A stretch of 64,000 nt of DNA. It comes from an uncultured Candidatus Saccharibacteria bacterium (GTDB lineage Bacteria > Patescibacteriota > Minisyncoccia > Portnoybacterales > UBA2143). Where the stretch lies: assembly GCA_964629675.1 (NCBI GenBank), contig CAZVUG010000016.1, positions 43 to 64,042 on the forward strand. The letters are read 5' to 3'. The first letter of the stretch is position 1. Every line of letters starts with the position of its first letter. A program made the position numbers and the translations under genes. The notes below the pieces were generated by a model. It saw only the letters and a program-made list of their open reading frames with translations, ran no database searches and had not been told where the DNA came from. Shown one piece after another: positions 52,828-61,610 of the stretch.

Positions 52828-53529
52828 TTAGAGGTAGGTCTTAATATTCGCTTTCGCGCGAAGTTCTTCAATTATTTCTTCTAAAACATTATTGATTTTA
52901 TCGTTGATAACCTGCTCTTCAATAATTTCGTAAATATCTTCAAGCGAAGCTAAATCTTCCGGCTCTTCAGCTTTTAATCTTTCATAATAATCATTAACTT
53001 CTGTTTCATTTGCTGTAAATTCTCTGCTGTTTTCAACATATTCAAGATATTTCTGGAGAATAATTTGGTCAGCAATATCTAATTTTACGCTTTCCTCAGT
53101 TAAATTATTATCAACTAAGGCTTCGGTTAATTGCTCTCTTGATTCAAATTGCTGGACAATCTCGTCATATTGGCTGTTAATTTCTTCTGAGCCTGCCGAA
53201 ATTCCGCGTTTCTGAGCATCTTGAAGAAAAAGTTCATTATTAATCATCTGATTAAGGATAAATTGGCGCTGTTCCTCATTAATTTCTTCGCCTGATTCAA
53301 ATAAGCCAACCTGTCTTTCAAAATCAGCCCGAGAAATTTTTGTCTTATTTACTTCAGCTACTATCTCTGTTTGATTGTTTTCAGCTACTTGTGTTTCCTC
53401 ATTATTATCTATAGGTGAATTAATATATGAAAACACCAACCAGGCAGCAACAGCTAAAACAACCAGGCTAATCGTAAAATAGAGTTCAGATGATGATTTT
53501 TTTAAATTAACTTTTTTTTCTTTTATCAT
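52828..53529 (-). CDS. Membrane-anchored SurA-N-terminal-like chaperone domain protein (no PPIase)
   Basis: N-terminal TM segment. The helical region (VNKTKISRADFERQV...) resembles the SurA_N/PrsA N-terminal chaperone module. Confidence 0.45.
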   Translation of the reverse strand: MIKEKKVNLKKSSSELYFTISLVVLAVAAWLVFSYINSPIDNNEETQVAENNQTEIVAEVNKTKISRADFERQVGLFESGEEINEEQRQFILNQMINNELFLQDAQKRGISAGSEEINSQYDEIVQQFESREQLTEALVDNNLTEESVKLDIADQIILQKYLEYVENSREFTANETEVNDYYERLKAEEPEDLASLEDIYEIIEEQVINDKINNVLEEIIEELRAKANIKTYL

Positions 53530-53633
53530 AAATTTATTTGTTTAATTATTTTTTACTTATTTATATATTTTATTTATATTAACATATTAACATAAATTGA
53601 ACAATAAAACAAAAAACTGTAAATAAAAAGAAA

Positions 53634-53676
53634 AATCTTAGATATCTTTTATTTGATAAAAAGAATATCTAAGATT
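53634..53676 (-). terminator. Intrinsic terminator
   Basis: 12-bp stem AATCTTAGATAT/ATATCTAAGATT, followed on the minus strand by TTTCTTTTTATTT. Confidence 0.6.
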
Positions 53677-53698
53677 CTCTTCATGTTCAAACATTCTG

Positions 53699-54154
53699 CT
53701 AGTCCAGGCTGATACCAAGTTTTTTACCATAGCCTCTTTGATAAAAACCCATTCTTTCTCCGTTTTCGCCAAATTTGTTTTTCATTGATTCTAAGCGCTG
53801 ATCGGCCTGTTCTTGATTGATAACTTCATTATCTACCAAAATCTGTAGGCGATTTCTCATTTGTTCTCCTGCTTTTTCGGCAAAATGTTCTCTAATCTGT
53901 TCTTGTGTAATACCTTGCTCTTCGGCAATTTCATGAAAATTTTTACCTTCAACCCAAGCATTTTTCAGATCTTCTATGCTTAGACCTAAAAATTCAGCTT
54001 GATTGTTAAACATTTCTTCATGCCTTTGGACACATTCTTCAGGATTAACACTGTTTAAGCCTCTAAACCAGCCTTGAGCAGAAGCTATACTTGTACTTGC
54101 GACAATTAAGGCTAAAGCTGGTAAAATAGCATAAGCAAAATATTTCTTTTTCAT
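53699..54154 (-). CDS. Secreted small helical protein of unknown function
   Basis: Signal peptide ending SIASAQG. Helical and Gln/Glu-rich. Lies downstream of the ECF sigma/anti-sigma pair. Confidence 0.5.
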   Translation of the reverse strand: MKKKYFAYAILPALALIVASTSIASAQGWFRGLNSVNPEECVQRHEEMFNNQAEFLGLSIEDLKNAWVEGKNFHEIAEEQGITQEQIREHFAEKAGEQMRNRLQILVDNEVINQEQADQRLESMKNKFGENGERMGFYQRGYGKKLGISLD

Positions 54155-54290
54155 ATAAAATTTCCCCTTTAAATTTATTTTTTCGACCTTGCCCTGCAGC
54201 AGTTTTCTTAGAGAGGATAACAGAATTGGTGCTTGGGGTCTTTATTTATTAATACAAGAAAAAATTAAATTTATTTCATTTTTTATATAA

Positions 54291-54340
54291 AAAGAAGGCT
54301 AAAGACGAGCAAATTCCTCTCTTCTCGTTTAGCCTTCTTT
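54291..54340 (-). terminator. Strong hairpin terminator after the putative anti-sigma gene
   Basis: 13-bp stem AAAGAAGGCTAAA/TTTAGCCTTCTTT plus inner CGAG/CTCG. Confidence 0.6.
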
Positions 54341-54373
54341 TATTAAATACAGAAAAAAAATTATTTTATTTCA

Positions 54374-55108
54374 TTATCTATTGAAATGCATTTGTTTATG
54401 AAGGGGCCGTTTTTGAAAAATCTCAAAATTTTCTTCAATTTTACGAATATTAGCAGAATAAATATTATTATTATCTTTCTTGCCTATAATTATGATATTA
54501 TCGCCTTCTTTAAATTCTTTCATATTTTCCTGATTAATTAATTCAGTTGAAACCGTTATTTTTTCTCCTTGAGGATTTTCTAATATAAAACCATTATCTA
54601 ATTTTTCTGAGATAATACCATAATGTACTTGCGGAAGTTTAGGCATTCCAAAATTACGATAGATTTTTCCCACCATCGGCAGTTTCTTTTCTTGAGCTTG
54701 CCAAAAAAGATTAGGATGTATTTGGGCTTTGCCAATAACAAAACTGCTTAAAAGGGCGAAAAGAACAATGCCTATTACTGAATAAATTATTGGCCGGCGA
54801 TAGGCAAAAGAGAATCTTTTGATAAAAATTTCTAATATAATTACTGAAACAACAACTGTTAGGATAAGCAGCCAAGGCAAGGACTTAATTAAAATACCTG
54901 TGGCAGAAAAGCCAAATTTGGGCAGAAACCAAACTCCGCTCATTTTTAAATGGAAGAATAAAAAGCTAAAAAGATAAATAACAAAAATTATTAGTAATAA
55001 AGTTAATAAAGAAAACAAAAAAGTCTTTAGAGCAAAGAAAATCTTAGGACGCATTTTTATTTTGTCCTCTTTTATTTTATTGAAAACTTTTTTACTTATT
55101 GAAACCAT
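54374..55108 (-). CDS. Multi-pass membrane protein co-transcribed with ECF sigma (putative anti-sigma/sensor)
   Basis: 17-nt overlap with the sigma gene and about 4 TM segments. No canonical zinc anti-sigma motif was seen. Confidence 0.35.
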   Translation of the reverse strand: MVSISKKVFNKIKEDKIKMRPKIFFALKTFLFSLLTLLLIIFVIYLFSFLFFHLKMSGVWFLPKFGFSATGILIKSLPWLLILTVVVSVIILEIFIKRFSFAYRRPIIYSVIGIVLFALLSSFVIGKAQIHPNLFWQAQEKKLPMVGKIYRNFGMPKLPQVHYGIISEKLDNGFILENPQGEKITVSTELINQENMKEFKEGDNIIIIGKKDNNNIYSANIRKIEENFEIFQKRPLHKQMHFNR

Positions 55109-55664
55109 ATTTTTTTAGAAGGAATTTCATATTTTCCTTACCTCTTTTTAATCTAATTCCTACCGTAGCAATTGGAATATGCATAATATCAGCAATTTCT
55201 TGATAACTTAATTCTTCGAAATAATATAAAATTAATGTCTCGCGATATTTTGGGCTTATTTTATCTAAACATTTATTCAGCATCTTCTGAAGTTCTTTTA
55301 GGTTGACTTCTCTATCGGCTTTTTCTTTAGAAATATGATAAGGCCATAAAATATCTAAATTAAAAATAGGCAACGGTTCCTTGCCTTTCTTCTTAATAGC
55401 ATTAATAAATTCGTTATGAGCAATTCGATAAATCCAAGCAGAGAATTTTCTTGAGAGGTCAAAGCTTTGAATATTAGTATAAGCCTTAATGAATATCTCC
55501 TGCACCATATCTTCAATATCATTATAATTGGCCAGGAACTTTCTTCCGTAACGCAACATCTTTTTCTCGTATCTTTCAACTATTATTTCGAAAAAATCAA
55601 TTTTGCCTGATTGAATCATACGAATTACTCGCTCATCCGTATATTTATTTACCGAATAAGGCAT
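55092..55664 (-). CDS. ECF-type RNA polymerase sigma factor (sigma-70 family group 4)
   Basis: Region 2 (DMVQEIFIKAY...W.YRIAHNEFINAIKK) and region 4 HTH (LSYQEIADIMHIPIATVGIRLKRGK). Confidence 0.88.
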   Translation of the reverse strand: MPYSVNKYTDERVIRMIQSGKIDFFEIIVERYEKKMLRYGRKFLANYNDIEDMVQEIFIKAYTNIQSFDLSRKFSAWIYRIAHNEFINAIKKKGKEPLPIFNLDILWPYHISKEKADREVNLKELQKMLNKCLDKISPKYRETLILYYFEELSYQEIADIMHIPIATVGIRLKRGKENMKFLLKKYGFNK

Positions 55665-55710
55665 AATAACTCCTAAATACTAATACAATAAAAAATCCTT
55701 TTTATTTCAA

Positions 55711-56778
55711 TCAAGCATTATGCTTAATTTCGATAACATCTCCGTCACGAACAACATAATCCCGCCCCTCAGTCCTAATTAAGCCTTTCTCTCTAGCTTG
55801 AGCGAAACCGCCAGCTCTCAAAAGATCTTCGCAGCTAATAACATCAGCTTTAATAAAATGAGATTCGAAATCGCTATGGATTGTTCCGCCAGCCTGCGGA
55901 GCTTTTTCGCCCTTGCGCAAAGTCCAAGCTCTTGTTTCATCAGAGCCAGTTGTTAAAAAAGTAATCAGATTAAGCAAGGAATAAGATTCTTTAATCAATT
56001 TATCTATTTTTAAATCCTGCGGCAAATCAAATTCTTTTCTTTCTTCCGGACTAAGCTCGGTAGAATCAAATTCTGATAAAACATCAAGGATTAAAAAAGA
56101 TAAATTATTTTTTTTGAATTCTTCAATTATTTCTGGAGAAATTTCTTCTTCTTTGCCGTTAAGTAAATAAAGCCTAGGCTTAAAAGTTAATAATTGGTAG
56201 CTGTTAAGTATCTGTCTTTCTTTTTCTTCCCAATCTTCGTTAGCCAGAATTTCTCCTTTTTGCAAAAACTGGCAAGCTTTTTTTAAAACTTCTAGTTCTT
56301 TAACAGCTTCTTTGCTGCCTGATTTAGATTCTTTTGTTAAATCAAGAATTCTTTTTTCTAAAGTTGCCAGATCTTTTAGAGCCATCTCTGTTTCTAAAAT
56401 TTCTTTGTTTTTAATTGGATCTATCTCTGATTCAGTATTGATAATCTGATTATTTTGAAAACAGCGCAAAACATAGACAATGATGCTAACTTCCCTAATA
56501 TTTGCCAAAAATTTATTCCCCAGACCTTCTCCCTGGCTAGCCCCTTTAACTAAACCAGCAATATCAACAAAGTCTATAGTTGTATAGATTTTTTTAGCCG
56601 AATTAGTTAATTCAGCCAGCTGGTCAACTCTTTTATCCGGGACAGCCACTACGCCAATATTAGGATCAATAGTGCAAAAAGGATAATTTTGGCGGTCAAC
56701 TTGTTTTCTCGTGATAGCTTGAAATAAAGTTGATTTGCCGACATTTGGCAAACCGACTATTCCGATCGAAAGATGCAT
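55711..56778 (-). CDS. ychF: Ribosome-binding ATPase YchF (Obg-like)
   Basis: G1 motif GIVGLPNVGKSTLF, DIAGLVKGAS, and a C-terminal TGS domain (FIKADV...). Confidence 0.92.
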   Translation of the reverse strand: MHLSIGIVGLPNVGKSTLFQAITRKQVDRQNYPFCTIDPNIGVVAVPDKRVDQLAELTNSAKKIYTTIDFVDIAGLVKGASQGEGLGNKFLANIREVSIIVYVLRCFQNNQIINTESEIDPIKNKEILETEMALKDLATLEKRILDLTKESKSGSKEAVKELEVLKKACQFLQKGEILANEDWEEKERQILNSYQLLTFKPRLYLLNGKEEEISPEIIEEFKKNNLSFLILDVLSEFDSTELSPEERKEFDLPQDLKIDKLIKESYSLLNLITFLTTGSDETRAWTLRKGEKAPQAGGTIHSDFESHFIKADVISCEDLLRAGGFAQAREKGLIRTEGRDYVVRDGDVIEIKHNA

Positions 56779-56779
56779 T

Positions 56780-57247
56780 TTAGTTTAAATACCAAATATA
56801 ATAATTAAGTATACTAGCAAAGCTTACCCAGATAAGATATGGAATTAGCAGATAAGCCGCCCAACTGCTTATTTTCCAGAATTTTACTATTAAAATAACA
56901 ATCAAGATCCACAGAATAATTATATTTAAGAAAGCTAAGCCGGGATTTTGCAAGCCAAAAAAAATTATTGACCAAAGAGCATTAAAAATTAAATGAGACC
57001 AGAAAAGCTTTAAGGCGCTTTTAGCTTTTTCTTGTTCAGCTGTCTTTTGCCAAATAAGGTAAGCGCTAATACCCATTAATAAATAGAGAGAAAGCCAAAC
57101 TGGGGCAAAAAGCCAATTAGGCGGACTAAAATTTGGTTTAGTTAGCGTGCTGTACCAAGCCGGAATAGCTGGCGCAGTAAAGAAAGAACCGATTACTCCG
57201 GCCAATTGAGGCATAATTAGAGAAATTACTAAACGTCTATAGTTCAT
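56780..57247 (-). CDS. tspO: TspO/MBR tryptophan-rich sensory protein
   Basis: Five TM segments with W-rich motifs (KPNFSPPNWLFAPVW and LFWSHLIFNALWS). ATG 57247 is chosen. An alternative start at 57268 would overlap the upstream gene. Confidence 0.8.
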   Translation of the reverse strand: MNYRRLVISLIMPQLAGVIGSFFTAPAIPAWYSTLTKPNFSPPNWLFAPVWLSLYLLMGISAYLIWQKTAEQEKAKSALKLFWSHLIFNALWSIIFFGLQNPGLAFLNIIILWILIVILIVKFWKISSWAAYLLIPYLIWVSFASILNYYIWYLN

Positions 57248-57249
57248 AT

Positions 57250-57579
57250 TTATAAAAAGCAACCGCACTTTTTATTTCTTAATATTATTTTTTGTTCAGC
57301 AATTGTATTAACAAATTTATCTTGCTTAGACTGGCCCTTAGCTTGTTTTTTGTCTAAAGCGGAACAGTGATTGAAACCGCGCCGGGACATTTCTTTAACT
57401 AATTTTTCATGCCTAGCATATAAAGCTTTTAATTTGCCTTGCCATCTTTTTGTTTCTGGATGGTAGCTAAAGCCTTTCTTGTTATTAACAATAACTGACC
57501 AAATAACGTGCAATTCGCCATGTTCGGCAATTAGATGCTTATTGCATAATTTTTTTGGATCAATATCCCAAATACGCAT
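57250..57579 (-). CDS. Pyrimidine-dimer DNA glycosylase (T4 endonuclease V/DenV-like family)
   Basis: MRIWDIDPKKLCNKHLIAEHGELH is the family N-terminus. Start set at ATG 57579. Confidence 0.75.
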   Translation of the reverse strand: MRIWDIDPKKLCNKHLIAEHGELHVIWSVIVNNKKGFSYHPETKRWQGKLKALYARHEKLVKEMSRRGFNHCSALDKKQAKGQSKQDKFVNTIAEQKIILRNKKCGCFL

Positions 57580-57583
57580 AAAA

Positions 57584-58318
57584 TTAAGGTTGGAAAAGAT
57601 AGTCTGGCTTAATAACAACCTCTTTAACATCCGCAAACTGCTTAGCTGTCTTTTCAATCTGCAAGTAAAGGATTGTTGTCCGGCAAGCTCCGCCAGTTGT
57701 TTTACTGTAAGGATCTACAAAAGTCAGAGTTAAAACACCATTTTTATTTTCAGCTTCCTTTAATTCAAAACCCTCTAAAGGATATTCAGTGCTGACTCCT
57801 TCATTTTTAGCTCCCTCTGGAACATTGCCTTGGATCAATAATTGAATTGTTTCTTTAATAATATTATCACTAGGCAAAAAAGCTTTTATTGGAACTAATC
57901 CTTTTTCGCTGCAAAGGACATTACCCTGCTCATCTTTATCATTTTCCGAATTATAGTAGAATAAGCTGATTTCCGTTAAATTACTTTCTCCCGAATGATT
58001 AAAGCTTATTTCGCTTATATTAACCTTCTCTGCCATGTAGTATCCTTTAACCTCAACTAAATCGCCTTTTTTAAAAGTAATTTCCCGGCAAGGCTTTTCT
58101 TGGCTGTCTTTAAAACATTTAGTTTCATCAGTAAAATTAAGCTCTGCCGACAAAGCCGGCGCGCCTGGCTCTTCATAAAGAAGGCTGTATTCTCCTGAAT
58201 CATTTATTATCAAATGACCAGATTTAGAAAAATCTTCTTTGCCTTCCGGAGTAAGAGTCAGATAATAGACTCCGACAACAGCTGCGATAATAAATATTAG
58301 AATAATAATTTTCCGCAT
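57584..58318 (-). CDS. Secreted/anchored protein with C-terminal GerMN-like domain
   Basis: N-terminal TM or signal segment. The C-terminus (GVLTLTFVDPYSKTTGGACRTTILYLQIEKTAKQF..VKEVVI) resembles GerMN domains. Confidence 0.5.
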   Translation of the reverse strand: MRKIIILIFIIAAVVGVYYLTLTPEGKEDFSKSGHLIINDSGEYSLLYEEPGAPALSAELNFTDETKCFKDSQEKPCREITFKKGDLVEVKGYYMAEKVNISEISFNHSGESNLTEISLFYYNSENDKDEQGNVLCSEKGLVPIKAFLPSDNIIKETIQLLIQGNVPEGAKNEGVSTEYPLEGFELKEAENKNGVLTLTFVDPYSKTTGGACRTTILYLQIEKTAKQFADVKEVVIKPDYLFQP

Positions 58319-58346
58319 ATTTTTATTGGAAACTAAATTTTGAAAA

Positions 58347-58670
58347 TTAATTTATCTTAACTGCTGTTCCATAAGCAAGCATCTCAGCAGCGTTTCTCAT
58401 AACCATTGAAGTAGAAAATCTGACATTAATAATTGCGTCAGCCCCTAAGGCCAGCGCTTCATTAACCATTCTGTTATAAGCTTCGTCGCGGGCATTTTTA
58501 GTCATTTGCGTATAAGTCTTTATTTCTCCGCCAATAATGCTTTTAAGGCCAGCGCCAATATCCCGGCCGATATTTCTTGCCCTAACAGTAGCTCCTCTGA
58601 CTATGCCAAGAATTTGAACAACTTTTTTATCAGGAATTCTATTACCAGTTGTTACAATTATATTTTCCAT
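58347..58670 (-). CDS. YbjQ/UPF0145 family protein
   Basis: MENIIVTTGN.IP.KKV..ILGIVRG..V.ARNIGRDI.AGLK.IIGGEI..YT is the family pattern. Start moved to ATG 58670. Confidence 0.8.
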   Translation of the reverse strand: MENIIVTTGNRIPDKKVVQILGIVRGATVRARNIGRDIGAGLKSIIGGEIKTYTQMTKNARDEAYNRMVNEALALGADAIINVRFSTSMVMRNAAEMLAYGTAVKIN

Positions 58671-58671
58671 A

Positions 58672-58869
58672 TTATTTTTTTGCCTTTTTAATTTCTTCAA
58701 TATTATCTTCTTTTTGGTTAAAGATAATAATAAAGCCAAGAACCAAAAAGACAATTCCTGTAATAATGATCGGCAGATCGCCATTCTCTTGGCTATCAAA
58801 AATAACGCTAATTATCAGCCAGGCAGAAAAAGCGATAATGACTAAACCAGTGATAATTCTACTTAACAT
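58672..58869 (-). CDS. Small two-TM membrane protein
   Basis: 65 aa with two hydrophobic helices. Abuts the YbjQ gene start. Confidence 0.5.
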   Translation of the reverse strand: MLSRIITGLVIIAFSAWLIISVIFDSQENGDLPIIITGIVFLVLGFIIIFNQKEDNIEEIKKAKK

Positions 58870-58873
58870 TTTA

Positions 58874-59695
58874 TTAATTAATTTCGTAAGTGATATTAAC
58901 TGTCATTTCTATTTTATTCTCGCCGGTTTCTACCTGAGAAGCTTCTTCAATTCCGCCAGCACTCATAATATCGTAAGATGATTTTGCTAGGTTGTAAATA
59001 GACGGTCTTGAGCTAGATTCGTTAAAATTAACAATTCTGACTAAATCAATTCCTAATTGAGAAGCTAATTCTTTTGCTTTTTCTGTTGCTTCATTAATTG
59101 CTTTCTCTCTGGCTTGTTTTTCAAATTCATCCTGATTATCAATGGTGAATTGCAAATTTCCAATTTGATTAGCGCCAGCATTAGCCGCTTCTCTGATAAT
59201 TTCTCCAATCTGCTCCATATTTCTAATTTTAACCTGCAAAGACTGGCTTACTTCATAACCAACTAAAACTCTTCGCGAATTATCTTTTGTGATTAATTCA
59301 TCATGCCATTCATAGCGAGGATAAATATTAAAATTAAGCGTTTTTAGATCTTTCTCGTCAATTCCTTCGTTTTTCAAGGAATTAATAATTTCGTTCATTT
59401 TCTTTGTATTTTCACTCATGGCTTCAGCGACTGTTTTCGCTTCATTCTCAATTGCAAAATTAATTATAGCTAAATCAGGCTTGGCGTAAACTTCGCCAGT
59501 TCCTGAAACTGAAATAGTGTTTTTTGACTCAATTTCCTGGCCAATATATTTCCCTTCTTTTATTTTGTTCTGAATGCTAACACCAAAGAATAAGATAAGA
59601 ACGACAAAAAAGGCGCCAATAATGACCAAGAAAATATTTTTTTCATTCTGATTAATTTTTTTCAAACTTTGATTATCCATATTGTTAAAATTCAT
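58874..59695 (-). CDS. SIMPL/DUF541 family periplasmic-type protein
   Basis: N-terminal TM segment. ISVSGTGEVYAKPDLAIINFAIE...GYEVSQSLQVKIRN is the family pattern. Confidence 0.75.
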   Translation of the reverse strand: MNFNNMDNQSLKKINQNEKNIFLVIIGAFFVVLILFFGVSIQNKIKEGKYIGQEIESKNTISVSGTGEVYAKPDLAIINFAIENEAKTVAEAMSENTKKMNEIINSLKNEGIDEKDLKTLNFNIYPRYEWHDELITKDNSRRVLVGYEVSQSLQVKIRNMEQIGEIIREAANAGANQIGNLQFTIDNQDEFEKQAREKAINEATEKAKELASQLGIDLVRIVNFNESSSRPSIYNLAKSSYDIMSAGGIEEASQVETGENKIEMTVNITYEIN

Positions 59696-60131
59696 TATTA
59701 TTATCGACCTTTTTATTAGATAAAATCATATACGCAGTCCCAACCGCACCAATAATAAAAGCTATTGGAGAGACCAAAACAGCAAATAGGAAAAAGATAA
59801 CATGCATAATTTCAAAGAAATAATTTAAGAAGAAAAAGCTTCTTGTTATGACAGCTAATCCATAGAAAAGATTATGAAAAATAATTCCGACAAGAAAACT
59901 TGCGGCAGAAATACCAGTTATCAGCAATCTTCTTCGCAAAGAAAGATTTTTTTCTTTTTTTAAGGCAAAATAGATTAAAGCAATTCCTAAAAGGAAAAAC
60001 ATAATAAAAGGAACTAAAAATAATTCAGATCCTTTAACTAGATTTCTAATTGGCACAATAAAAACCTGGCCAACGACAAACAGGAAGATTAGAATTAAAG
60101 CTTCAAAAATTAATTTAGCAGATTTATCCAT
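59685..60131 (-). CDS. Integral membrane protein, unknown function
   Basis: 148 aa with four hydrophobic segments. Confidence 0.5.
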   Translation of the reverse strand: MDKSAKLIFEALILIFLFVVGQVFIVPIRNLVKGSELFLVPFIMFFLLGIALIYFALKKEKNLSLRRRLLITGISAASFLVGIIFHNLFYGLAVITRSFFFLNYFFEIMHVIFFLFAVLVSPIAFIIGAVGTAYMILSNKKVDNNNEF

Positions 60132-60147
60132 AAAGCTAAAATTACTT

Positions 60148-60348
60148 TTATTTTATTGCTTTTTTCGGAACAATGAAAATAGCAATTAAATAAGCAACTA
60201 TTCCTGGAATAAAACCGGTAAAAATTACAATTAAAATCCAAATTAACCTTAAAATAACTGGGTCGACATCAAAATACTCGCCTAATCCGCCTAGAATACC
60301 GGCAATAATTTTATTTTTTTCACTGCGATAAAGTTTTTTCACGGCCAT
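60148..60348 (-). CDS. PspC-domain membrane protein
   Basis: LYRSEKNKIIAGILGGLGEYFDVDPVILRLIWIL is a PspC domain. Confidence 0.85.
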   Translation of the reverse strand: MAVKKLYRSEKNKIIAGILGGLGEYFDVDPVILRLIWILIVIFTGFIPGIVAYLIAIFIVPKKAIK

Positions 60349-60437
60349 AATATTAATATATATATTTTACCAAGGAAATAAATTGTTGGCAATTAATATT
60401 TTAAAAAATTTACTTTTATGAATTTAACAATAAAAAT

Positions 60438-60464
60438 ACCGCCATTCTATTTTAAAATGGCGGT
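60438..60464 (-). terminator. Intrinsic terminator after the PEP-CTERM gene
   Basis: 9-bp stem ACCGCCATT/AATGGCGGT, then ATTTTTA on the minus strand. Confidence 0.55.
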
Positions 60465-60477
60465 TTTAAATTAATAA

Positions 60478-61267
60478 TCAATTTTTTCTCCTTATTTTTC
60501 TTCGGAAACCGGCGAAAGCTAATAAGCCCGATCCCAACAAAAACATTGTTGCTGGCTCAGGTACAGGAGCAGCCGAGCCTTCAATAACATCATTAGCGCA
60601 TGTCGCTGTACCCCAAACTAATCTCATTGACGCATCCAGATCATCTTCCCAGAATCCAGTTTCAATACTAATTCTATAGTCAGGAGAACCTCCAGGAAGA
60701 GAATTCCAAGTAACTTTCCCGCCTGGTAAACAGTCATAGCCATAATTATTACCTAAAGAACTTATTCTTACCGGAACGTCATGATTGTAACTATATGATC
60801 CAGGAGACGGATCAAAATCATCTGAAGTTAGATAGTTACCAACGGCATAGAGGCCTCCGGCAAAAAAAGTTCCATGATTTATTAAAGGAATTGCCCAAAG
60901 GTATTCATTCCCATAGAAATTCTCATACATGAAAAGATCGGCCGGCTCAGTTATCCAGCTTGCCGACAGTAACTCCTGATTGCGGATAGTCGGTATATAA
61001 ATCAAAGATGATATTGCCGCTGTTATGTCCTGGGGTAAAGTTCTTAATGTCAATGCCATAGCCTTCAAAACCTGTTCCAATCTGATCTCCAATTGGATCA
61101 TTTATGCTATATGCCATAACCGTTCCACTTATTAAAAAAGGAAATAATAAGATAGAAATAAATAGTATTTTTTTCATCAAAGACACTCCTTTCGCATAAG
61201 CCTTAGTTGTTTCTTCCATTATTATGGCAGCTAATAAGACAACTATAAATAATATCTTCTTTCCCAT
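60478..61267 (-). pseudogene. PEP-CTERM-anchored secreted protein, interrupted by a frameshift
   Basis: Two overlapping ORFs (61267-60947 and 61101-60478). The upstream ORF encodes signal peptide(s) and ends ...SGVTVGKLDN*. The downstream frame continues ...SWITEPADLF... and ends with VPEPATMFLLGSGLLAFAGFRRKIRRKN, i.e. PEP motif, TM segment and Arg-rich tail. A best start at ATG 61177 is preceded by AAGGAG. Confidence 0.7.
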
Positions 61268-61343
61268 TAGACACCCCCTTGCTGCTTTAATTAAATCTAA
61301 AAATCAGTTTTCACCTCCTTCCTTTTTTTAAAAGAACAATAAT

Positions 61344-61372
61344 ATCATAAATCTTTAAAATTATTCTGTCAA
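61344..61372 (-). promoter_or_regulatory. Promoter of the PEP-CTERM gene
   Basis: Minus strand: TTGACA (61372-67), 17 nt, TATGAT (61349-44). Confidence 0.55.
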
Positions 61373-61442
61373 TCTTTCAATTTTAAAAAGACCGTTTAGG
61401 ATTTCTCCATGGCTAATCGGTCTTAATAAAGCCAGTTTACTG

Positions 61443-61577
61443 TTAAATTCCTAAATACTTAGCTAAGTATTTATCCGGATCTGATCTCATTAAATTTGGA
61501 ATATATTTAGTATATTCCGAGACAGTTCCGTTTTGCAAAGAAACAGCGACAAGATTTAAGAAATGAGCAATAAACAT
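61443..61577 (-). CDS. 44-aa ORF downstream of the riboswitch-like leader
   Basis: MFIAHFLNLVAVSLQNGTVSEYTKYIPNLMRSDPDKYLAKYLGI*. AGGAGG lies 4 nt upstream of the ATG. Not in the ORF track (under 60 aa). Confidence 0.5.
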   Translation of the reverse strand: MFIAHFLNLVAVSLQNGTVSEYTKYIPNLMRSDPDKYLAKYLGI

Positions 61578-61610
61578 AATTCCTCCTTTTAAAATTTAGA
61601 AATTAAAGAA

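Noticed and set aside
61290-61335. Very strong SD-like AAGGAAGGAGGTG upstream of the PEP-CTERM gene, with only a possible 5-codon GTG mini-ORF
   Set aside because: No meaningful ORF follows. I cannot distinguish a leader peptide from a chance purine run, so it is not called as a feature.
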